DNA of 64,000 nt, from assembly GCF_018350175.1 (NCBI RefSeq), contig NC_058368.1, forward strand, positions 116,436,001 to 116,500,000, given 5' to 3'. Source of the DNA: Felis catus. Taxonomy: Eukaryota. The notes under the pieces were generated by a model. It was not told where the DNA came from. It saw only the letters and a list, made by a program, of their open reading frames with translations, and searched no databases. Shown piece after piece: positions 24,701 to 34,431 of this stretch. A program made the position numbers and the translations under genes. Position 1 is the stretch's first letter, and each line of letters begins with the position of its first letter.

Positions 24701-27295
24701 CCTTCTCCCCCTTTCCTTTCCCTGCAGTCTACTTCCAACACTGCCTCATACTTCCCTGAGAAAAGAGAGGTTGTTAAACAGCAACTCTCTCATCTTCTCA
24801 CCACCAGTTCTACTAACCTGTACCTGTGGCCACTTTCCTTCCTCCTCTGAAAGATGAACGGTTGAAGGTTTCCTGCTCCTCTCAGAGGCCATCTTTCCAG
24901 CTGTACTGATGCAGGCATCGTGCCTTCTCTAGGCTTCCCTCCTGCAGTTATTCTGTTTTCCTGCACCACCACTTCTCCCACTACAGAATCAGCCCATTGG
25001 CATACAGACATGCTCTAGTGTTCACCATCTTAGAAACAACAATCCTCCCTTACCTCTCATTCTGTCCTTGGACACAGTCTCATTTCTCTCTGCCTCACAG
25101 CAGAATTTCTTGAATGAGCTCCAGTCTATAGTTGTTCTGTCTGCTTTTTTTCCCACATTCCCTCCTCAGTCTGTTCCAGCTGGGTTTCTACTTTCATCAT
25201 TCCAAAGACTGCTTCTATCAGGTCACCAGTGTCCAATCTAGTTTGACAAATCCTGTGGTCCCTTTTCTCTATCCTACCTGACCTCTCATCGTCATCCATC
25301 ATGGTTGAGTCAAAATTTTACTCTATCTCCCAGATTAAATTTCAGTTGTCTTCCTACTTCTTTTCTCTGGCTATTTTTCAAGCCCCTTTAGTAATTTCTT
25401 CTCTACTCAACCTGGAAATGCTAGAGAGCTTTGGGGCTGTGTTGGATCCTCTTTAGGCCTCTATCCACACATTCTTTTTAAGTGACCTTATTTAAGCCCA
25501 TGAAATCAAACACCATCCATATGATTGTGTTTCATTTCTGTAATTCTGGCCTAGACCTCTCCTCACAGTAGCAGCCCAAATTTAACATGACTAAGACAAA
25601 GCTTTCTTTCCCTCTTCCCCCAAAATCCCTATTCCCCCCACCCTACACCTTCCCATATCTATGAACAATACCAGCCAGTTCCTCAAGCAAAAAACTTAAG
25701 TTATATTGATTCCTCTTTCTCTCACCTATATCCATATATCCTATATGTTACTGATTTCCTCAGTAACATATGCCATATCCATCCAATTCCTACCATCTCT
25801 ATACTCCCACTTTTGTCCAAATTAAATCTTGCCCGTGTTTCCATAATAGCCACTTGTCTTTCCACTTCTTTCCTAAAACCAGTTTTCCACACAGCAGACA
25901 CAGTGGTCTTTTTCTTTTTTCTTTCTTTCTTTTTTTTTTTTTTTTTTTTTTTTAAGATGTACATCAGTCAGTGTTTCTTAACCTGGGGAGATTTTGTACT
26001 CAGGGCAAGTGTCTGGAGGCATTTTTGGCTGTCACCACAGGGTGAGTGCTACTGGCATCTAATGGGTAGAAACCAGGGATGCTACAAAACATCCTAGAAA
26101 GTACAGGGTGGTCCCTCACCACAAAGAATTATCTGACCCAAAATGTCAGTCGTGCCAAGGTTGAAGAAACCCTGGTTTGTGTCCTTCCTCTGCAGTGCTA
26201 TGAGTGTGAATAACATAGGGGTACTGAAAGAGCTACATCTCAGGGCCATAGCCCCACCTGTTGGCATGGGAAATGCTCAGAAGTAAAGGCGGCCCTCCTC
26301 GGATTTAAACTTTTCAACGGCTTCCAGCTTTACACAGATTAAAATACAAACTCCTTTTTCTGGTTTACAAAACCCACTGTCTGGTGTCTACTCAGATTTT
26401 AATTACTTCTCAGATTTTAATTTATCTAGCCCATTGTGCTCTACCCACTAGGTATTCCTTCAGTCTCTGAATTTGCCAAACTTGTTCTCAAAGCCTTTGC
26501 ACTAGCTGTTTCCAGTGTGTGAAATCTGTCTATCTCCAAAGCCAAAGCATAGCCTCCATGAAAACTGAAACCTTTTTTTGTCTTGTTCGCCCTCAGGCAG
26601 TGCTTGGCACAGAGATGCTCAGTAGAGAACACTGATTAAATGAATGAATAACACGTTAAGTCTGGATGCTTATATAACCAAGTGACGATGCAGAACGAGA
26701 CAAATGGTTATACCACTATGGTATTCCATGAAGAGCTACAGGTTGGAAACTTGAAAACCATAAAAACTATATTAAAAGCTGTAGGTCCGGATGAGATCCC
26801 CCTAGGGTGAAAGCAAAGAGATTTTTTTTTTTTTTTGAAACTTACTATTTATTGACCTAGGCAGTAAAGAACGGACTCGGAAAAGGGCCTGCCCTGTGCC
26901 TCATCACCGAGCTCAAGCTCTCAGGGAGACCTCAGAAGAGCAAAATGGGCCCTCGGGCCAAGCTTATCCCTGGTTCCGCCCATTCTCGGCTGGTCTGCGC
27001 GCAAAGGGCCCCCACGCACCTCTGGGGGAGCCATCCTGGGAGGCGGCGACCCTCTTGGTGAGCGGCGTGCGCTTGAGACCACCAGCCAGGGTCTGCAGCC
27101 CGTAGGAGAACTGCGGCGGGTCGTTCCAGCCGCGCTCCTTGTTGCCTGCGGAGATGAGGGGACGTATGACGCGAGCCCGGGGGAGATGGAGGGCCCGCCC
27201 CCCGCGCAGTTGCTGCCCCAGGCCTGGGCAGGGGGAAACCCAGCGCCCCTAGCCCGCCGGCCGCGCTCACCCGGCTTCACGTACAGCTCCGCCAT
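21755..27295 (-). CDS. SRA1: Steroid receptor RNA activator protein (SRAP), 221 aa; locus also yields the SRA non-coding RNA
   Basis: Exons 27295-27271, 27145-27020, 23120-22915, 22219-22111, 21954-21755 (666 nt, all GT-AG). [27 protein letters not shown]...[76 protein letters not shown]...PGV*. Confidence 0.97.
23200..26650. mobile_element. Degraded L2/MIR fragments filling SRA1 intron 2
   Basis: cattcattcaa, tgaatgaa and tctgtaaaatgggg motifs, plus pyrimidine-rich L2-like body. Confidence 0.55.
25967..26174. mobile_element. MER20 (hAT-Charlie) DNA transposon relic
   Basis: cagtgtttcttaacctggggagatttt...tgctactggcatctaatgggtaga...aaagaattatctgacccaaaatgtc...gccaaggttgaagaaaccctg. Confidence 0.85.
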
Positions 27296-27480
27296 CTCCA
27301 CTTCCGCAAGGTCAGCAGCGCAGCGCGTCACTTCCGGGGCGGCCGCACACCGGGCCGGACTGGGGCGTCCCCCGGGCCAGCGGGTTGCCAGGAGCCCTCC
27401 AGGTTGAACTGTAGTTCAGAAATGCCGGGAGCCCGTGTGGGAACACTGCGCCAGCTCCCTAAGGAACTCGAAATCTCCAG
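27296..27480 (-). promoter_or_regulatory. SRA1: SRA1 CpG-island promoter with tandem ETS/GABP motifs
   Basis: GC/CpG-rich; minus-strand GCGGAAGTG (27299-27307) and CCGGAAGTG (27329-27337). Confidence 0.65.
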
Positions 27481-28126
27481 CTAATAAGGCATCGGGGCCC
27501 TCATCGCAAGGCACCAAAGGGGGCTGTTTTCCGAGAGGCGTCTCTAGGAGCCCTATTCCCCCATAGGTTCAATCTCTGTGTCACAGTTGCTCTCAGGAGC
27601 AAATTTAAACCACCAGAAGCTCCTGCCCCACAAATGTGCCTGTGTGATCTAGCTAGGTGGCATTCTAGCCCTCACCTCTGTTCACTGCCCTGCACATTTC
27701 TACTTTGTAGGCTCGGTAACTAGTATTCATTTTCCTTCAGGACACAGACGTCAACTCTTCAGGAAGCCGAGTAATGCCAGATTAAGTAACCCAGCGGTGC
27801 TCCCACAACCCTGAGATTTCCTAGTTGTACCACATATTATCTTCTATCTTATTTAACTCTTGTTCGTCTCCCTTTCTGAGTCTCAGAAGGTGGAACCCGT
27901 ATTTTATTATATCCCACTGACTCACTTAGTGCCTAGCACACAGAAGACCTCAGAAAATACAGTTGTTGAATGAATGAAATCAGATTTCCGTCACACCCAT
28001 GCCCTCATGTGATTACAGACAACCACCAACACCAAGCACAGACACAGACACTCACCTCCTGCGGGTTAACCCCCAACCCTGTCCCAGGCCCAATATACTC
28101 ACACCCAGTGAGGTCACTGAGGGATT

Positions 28127-28132
28127 TTTATT
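28127..28132 (-). terminator. APBB3 polyadenylation signal AATAAA
   Basis: tttatt on the + strand, about 300 nt downstream of the APBB3 stop. Confidence 0.7.
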
Positions 28133-28429
28133 TGTATTGATTTTGCTATAAAGTGTTGCTGAGGTAGAGCCAACTGTCCAGGGCTGGACAGGGGCAAGGA
28201 ACACAGGGACCCAAGGAAAGGACAGCCAGGGGCCGAGGTTGTGGTGCAGGGCCTCTCAATCATCCCTATAAATATTCAATAAATTGGGCAATAAACAGAG
28301 GGTGGGCAAGAGCCAGAGGGCAGGCAGACAAGGTTTCAAGGAAAGAGAGGCTACAGGCCCCTGGAAAATTAAAGGGTATAGAGCTGGGCATGGACCCAGA
28401 GCCTCCTTACCCAGTCCTCCTGGATTCAC

Positions 28430-31400
28430 TTAGGGCATATGGAGCAGAGAGGGTTTCAGACGGAAGGCATCAAGAAAAGAGAAGACACCCCGTTTTCGAG
28501 GGGNNNNNNNNNNNNNNNNNNNNNNNNNNNNNNNNNNNNNNNNNNNNNNNNNNNNNNNNNNNNNNNNNNNNNNNNNNNNNNNNNNNNNNNNNNNNNNNNN
28601 NNNNNNNNNNNNNNNNNNNNNNNNNNNNNNNNNNNNNNNNNNNNNNNNNNNNNNNNNNNNNNNNNNNNNNNNNNNNNNNNNNNGTGAAGATCCAGCTCCT
28701 TTCTGCCCCTGGACTCCCTGAAAGCCTCTGCAGAACAGGGAACTGGCCAAGGCTTCAGTCCAGTATGAGGCTGGTAGTCGGCCCCATCTTGAGCCCTTAC
28801 AGCATTCCCAGGTAGTTCAGTAACAAACACAAAACTTCACCTTTACAGAGCATTTAAGGAAGGCTGGACACTATGCTAAATATTTTTATACTCTGACTTA
28901 ATCCAAAGTTGTTGATCAGGTGTTATTACTATTTTGCAAATGAGAAAATTTAAGTTCAAAGAGAATGCCAACGTCAGCTAGGCAAAAATAATGATAGAAT
29001 TCGGATTCATATCCCTATTTCTGACTGACCAGCCTGTGCTCTTAACCATACCTACCATTATGCTGACTCCTCTCCGGCTTTCACGGGAGCAGACTGCCTC
29101 CTGGCAAAGTGGATTCCCTAGTCAAGGAGAAGGTCTACAACCCAAACTTCATTCCCACCAACTGCCCCAGTCTTCTTTCATTTGAACTCAATGGGGGTGC
29201 TAAATGGTCCTATTTCTTCTCATGTCTTCTGAATCTTTTATCCACATGTACCTTAGGTGGTGTCTTAATCCACAAATGTGAATTCATTGCTTAAAACCCT
29301 TCGATGGCTCAAAGTGACTGGAGACAAAATAAACTCATCACCACATTCTCTAAGTTCTTCCATGACATGGTGTCTACTGTTCTTCCTGCCCCCATCTCTC
29401 ACTTTCCTCCTCTGCCCTTTGCACTCCAGATATATTAGATTCTTTGAAATATCCTGACCCACAACTACTGCTCTCATCTTCACAGCTGGGGTTCCTTGTA
29501 TCTGGCACACCTGTCCCACTCCCCTTCGCCTAACTTCCTCCTAAGACCTTCAACTGTCAGCTTTCTATCACCTCTTTCAGGCAGCCTTCCTGAGCCCCTT
29601 AAGCGGCCAGCCCCAACATCCTGTGGCATACAACCCCCTTCTGGTCTGTCTCTGGTCTAACCTAAGTGTTCTGTGAGGGCAAAGCCTGTTTCATCTGTAT
29701 CAGTCAAAGTCAAAGTATGCTTCCTGGTACCCTGTAGGCACTTGTATTTATTGAAGAAAGAGTGAGCTGAACTCATGAAGTGCAGGCATCCCACACTCGA
29801 ATGCCCACAGATGCCAGGAAATAACCTAAATGAGACAAACAGGAAAAACAGTGCCCACCCTACCAGGATCAGCCCCTACATGATTAGAGCTGAATGTTGA
29901 AATTTATATGTGTGGACCCAGTACCAGAACAATTATTACATGAAATGTCCTGGCTCTAACTATTGGCAACTAATTTAAACTTATTAAAGACAGCCTGTGG
30001 GCAAAATAAAAGGGTAGTTTACCATGGTCAGCCCTGGGATCACTGGTTTGTGATTTCTGGAGAAACTGCCAGTCTTGAGCCCATCACCAGTACAGCAGCT
30101 GCAGGGCAAACCCACTCACCCATTTCCGCCCCTGACTCACCATGCAAGCAGCCTGCACAGCTTCGGAAAGCCCCCCTGCATGGGGCTGGCACCAGAAGGC
30201 TGCACACTGAAAGCTCTGATGGCCCAGGTCAGCGATGAGGCCAAAGGTGTGTGGGTCACGGCCAACACCAATAAAGGTCACAAGGCGCACAGGGCACTGC
30301 CATAGTGGTTCCTCCTCTGCACCAGCTTCTGCCTGCCCACACCAGGCCTAGTCAGTAGAGGACCAGGCACTGGCTGGACTCACTGACCTTTCCCAACAGC
30401 AAGCAATTACCCCTCAGCATCCCTCCCACCCCTCCACAGCCCCCAACTTCACCTTCTTCTGGTACCTGAATGGGATGTGCAGTCATGAGAGAGTCAGACA
30501 CGCTGAGGATGGCAGGGACCCAGGCATCCTGGTCCCCCCGGTTGGTGAGAGTACCAATGGCCTCATTCAGCACGTCCATGCCTGGGGGGACATGCCCACC
30601 ATGGTGTCTCCCAGACATAAAGAAAGAAGGGATCTGCAGGGAGAGTCTACTCCATCTCACTGACTTGGGATTCAGAGAGATGGCATTAGAATAGCTGGGG
30701 CTGGGCTTAGAATCCTGAGTTGGGAAGGGTGGCACATTCTAGACCAGACAGGGGCCATGGGTGTACTCTGAGAAATGGTGGTAGATCCTTCCCTACCCCC
30801 TCTCCCTCACCTCATACATCCTACCCCCTCAGCCAGCTCAGTCCTCACCCATGGCTTTGGTGACTGGCAGGGTCCCCATGTACAGTGCCTCATACTTCTG
30901 AGCAGCCTGGCTCACCGCATCCAGCAGCTCCACTGAAACATACACATAGCAAGTGGGCCTGGGCATTCTCTCAATGACCCCTTTCTCCGCCCTTCAGAGA
31001 ACTGGAGCTAGTAGAAGGAAAACCATAAAGCTTGCTCTTCCAATTCAGAGCTTAGGATGCCTGCACACATCAGAAGTCCCACATCTCCAAGAAGTACTAA
31101 ACAACCAGGACTAAACAATGCCAACTTTCACCAAAGTAGCCTGTTGCTGCAGTGCAGCACCTCCCTCCCCATACCTTGCCGTGGCAGGTCCTCAGGGGAG
31201 ATGGGGTCTAGGGAGCAAGGAGAATCCTCACTGACACCTACTCGCTCTGACAAGATCTGAAACACAATGCAACTAGCATGAGATACAGCGAAAGGGGAAC
31301 TGAAGTAAGGGAGCCAATACCTCCCTGACCCAACCACCTTGGAAGTTTCAGACCCAGCTCCTTACCCACATTTCCTGCCCCACTCTTGGCCCTTACCTGG

Positions 31401-33831
31401 GCACAGAGCCCATGCAGGGCACTGGCAATGGCCTTGGCAGGGACGTCACAGCGAAACACATGGCACTTGAGCATACAACTGTCTTTGTCACCAGCCACAA
31501 AAGCGAAGTCCCTGGCAGGGGCAGAGATGGGGCTGGGGCAGGGGCAGTGACCAGGGTAGGGTAGAGGCTGGGTAGGCACAGGGGCCTGTAGTGCCAGCAG
31601 CAGACTGGAAAGTCAGGCAAGGGATATGGTGGGGAGGGAACAGGGAGATCAGGGTTGGGGCTCAAAGCACCAGGTTGTCGCTTACCTGTCACTGTTCCGG
31701 AAGCATGTGGGAGCACAGGAGAGAATCAGCCCAGTCTCTCAGGCTCTCCCCTATCCGTCCCTGCTGAGCTGGGCCCACCCTCCCCAACCAGGGCTGGACC
31801 AGGCAGGGGAGGCAGAGCTTGGGTCCATGTCAGAGGATCTGTGTCCAGGGGTTCAAGTACAGAGGATCAGCATCAGTGGGGATCACAGCCTGCAGGAGGG
31901 AGGGAGGAGCAACTCTCACTTGGGGGGATGTAGGGGTCCTCACCGGCCCTTGGAGCTGCCCACACCCCACACACGGATGTGCACCAGAGGCTGGCAGTGT
32001 ATCAGACTATGGTCCAGAGGATTCACCAGGCTCATGGCATCCTTCTTCAGGATCATCAGCATGTTCTGGCCCTGCCAAAGAAAGGTCAGTCTGGAGCTCA
32101 GATGAAGGTGGTTGCCATGGAGAACAGGCAATTTGGCGACAACTACCTCTGCTGGGCCCTGGGCTGAATCCCTTGAAGGGCCAGCCAGCTCACCTCACCC
32201 CAGGCACCATCTGGGGGCTGGCTGCGGCTACGGCTGTGAGTCTGGGCCAGTTGCTGGATGCAGTTATTGACTGCAATACTGCTCTTCCCTGGTACCAGAT
32301 CCTCTTCGGGTACTTCTACCCAACCCAGGGAGCGGACTGCAAAGCACTGATGGGTTGGGGGAAAGGACAGGAAGATCCTGAGTGAGTAGAGGCAGACGTG
32401 GAAGTGGAATAGAAGGTGGAATAGGATGGGAGGTATCACAGGTTCCACACATGTAAACCTTCTGGTACCTGCTCCCTTCACCTTTGATCACCTCTTCTCA
32501 GCCCAATACCACTCCTGACCTTTCCCTGGAAACAATCCGCCACCGCCACCACCATTCCCTGGGCTGGCTCTCAGGCCCAAGACACTACCTTAGCTCCTGG
32601 CTCCATGCTCTGGATGTAGGATTCCTCACCGTACCAGGACAAAGAGTTCCTGGAACAGAACAGAGCTCATAAGGGGACCACACCTCCTACAGAAGGGACA
32701 GTGGTGAGGCTCCAACTACTTGATGGGCATGAGATGTGGGATAACACCCAGAACACAGTGTGCAGAACACAGTGTGTTTTATACTTGAGGTATAAAACCA
32801 GAGTGGGAGAGGGCCCAGTACATATTAATTAAATGTAACATAGAGTGTGGCTTAAAATCTGAGCAAAAATTCAGGATACTGGACATAGAACAAAAGTTAC
32901 AAATAAGGAACAGGATACAAAATGTGGACCAGAACCCCAAACTGAGACAAGAGACTCTAGAACACAGGTCAGGAACCCTCCCCCTTCCGGAAAGGGCCAA
33001 GATGTAGAACATGATTTGTCAGTACCCAGAATAGGGAAAAACATGTAGCAAAATACAGAGCACAGAACTAGGGACAAAATTCAAACTATTGAGACTCAAG
33101 AAATGGGAAAGAGCCAAGAACCTGGGCTTGAATGCAGAATGTGGGTCCAGTTGCAACTCTGAGTGCCATGAAACCCCAAGCCTTTCATTCTGCCTGGCCT
33201 ATCCCTGTTACCTCCGGTCCAGTGAGCTCTCCAGGCTGGAGAAGGATCTCCCCTTGGGGGGCCGAAGTCCCCAAATCCCTTCCGTCCTCTGTAGAGAGGG
33301 GGCTAGGTCGGTATAGCAGCAGGCTTAAATCCGCACATGGGTTCAGACCCCCTCCAACACACTCCACCTACCGTGCCTAGGTCCTCTGCATCTCCTGTCT
33401 CCCAGGTTGGGCGCTGCCACTGGGTGCTGCCACTGGGTACGTGCCAATAGTAAGTACCTGCAGCATCGCGTATCTTCCTCCAGCCAGGGGGCAGGCCTGG
33501 CTCTCCCTCAAGACTCTGGTCCCCCCACAAGTCATCTACAAGACACCAAACGGGGAGAGGAAACACGGGACTGGAAAGGCACATTAGTGGATTCAGAATA
33601 ACACGGTCAGAACCCTCCTTCCATCTCAAAGGTGGCAATCCTTAGGCTGGAGGTACAGGAGGTCCTTTGCAGCACAAAAATCCAGGATTCATTTGTCCCG
33701 TGGTCCTCACCCCGAAACATACCCCGTCAACTCCCTCGTTACCCCTCAGCTCCCGATCCTCCCATCGGGACCCCGTGCACACCATCACAGTTGACCAGAA
33801 TGATGGCCAGCATGTAATCCTTGCCCAGCAT
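28430..33831 (-). CDS. APBB3: Amyloid-beta precursor protein-binding family B member 3 (FE65L2): WW domain plus two PTB domains, about 487 aa
   Basis: Exons 33831-33783 ([16 protein letters not shown]), 33535-33372 (WW: [29 protein letters not shown]), 33288-33212, 32649-32589, 32346-32194, 32071-31944, microexon 31691-31686, 31511(alt 31532)-31397, 31256-31175, 30932-30849, 30581-30466, 30332-30141. The last exon starts in gap 28504-28683 and ends [23 protein letters not shown] at 28430. Confidence 0.97.
31686..31691 (-). CDS. APBB3: 6-nt microexon in APBB3 PTB1 (adds two residues, GR-DR-DF)
   Basis: Minus strand CATGCTTCCGGAACAG|TGACAG|GTAAGC; frame-preserving between phase-2 exons. Confidence 0.85.
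33289..33371 (-). ncRNA. Mirtron-like 83-nt APBB3 intron, likely orthologous to human MIR6831
   Basis: Intron GTAGGTGGAGTGTGTTGG...CCTAGCCCCCTCTCTACAG; 5' GUAG pairs with CUAC leaving an AG overhang. Similar to the recalled human mir-6831 hairpin. Confidence 0.35.
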
Positions 33832-34431
33832 AGCCCCGACCGCGTCCCCGCCGGCCTCTGCCGGCCGGCAATCTCAGCCCAGCTCGACCTCCGAAGCTGC
33901 GGCGCGCGCAAGCCCAGCCTCCCTGCGCTGACCAGGCCAACAGGCGCCGCACAGATACGGGGTGGGGTTGGAGCCGGGTCCCAGGGGCGGGAAAGGACGG
34001 GCCTGAGCAGCGCCGCCCGCCGAGGGGTGGCGCGTGTAAACAGACGTCTGGATCCCCGAGTGTGCGTTCCCGTGCGTGGAGCCGGGGAAGGCGCACGACG
34101 CCAACGCCCCCAGTGACATCACCGCGCAACTATGAGCTCATCGAGGGATGGACGACTTGTTACACGAACTTGCGCAGCGCGCACACGCGAAGGAGTGAGA
34201 TCATTGCGCCCAGGTCGTGTGCGCGCGCGGACACGCAGTTAGGGTCGTGACGGAGGAGTCACATGCCAGTACCTGAGAGCAAGAGACCGCCAGGGCTCTG
34301 CGGCCAGGAAAGCACCTCCTCCACCCTTTCCAAAAATGCCCCGGAAGTGCCTCCGCCCTCAGTAAAGATGGCTGTAGTACTTTGCATGAGGGAGGCGGGG
34401 CCGCGCCTGCGCAACAAGTTCGGCGGGGAAG
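33832..34431. promoter_or_regulatory. Bidirectional CpG-island promoter shared by APBB3 (-) and SLC35A4 (+)
   Basis: Head-to-head start codons about 600 bp apart. CpG-rich; ETS CCGGAAGTG 34341-34349, YY1-type AAGATGGC at 34365 and 34429, GC box near 34391, NRF1 GCGCCTGCGCA 34403-34413. Confidence 0.85.

Noticed and set aside
24314-24850. 178-aa ORF in SRA1 intron 2
   Set aside because: Pyrimidine-rich L2-like relic with no splice or homology support and a TTG start.
32740-33085. Degenerate purine-rich repeats (cagaacacagtgtg x2 etc.) in APBB3 intron 3 as a structured array
   Set aside because: Irregular low-complexity sequence with no constant repeat/spacer period; CRISPR-like arrays are not expected or seen in this mammalian DNA.
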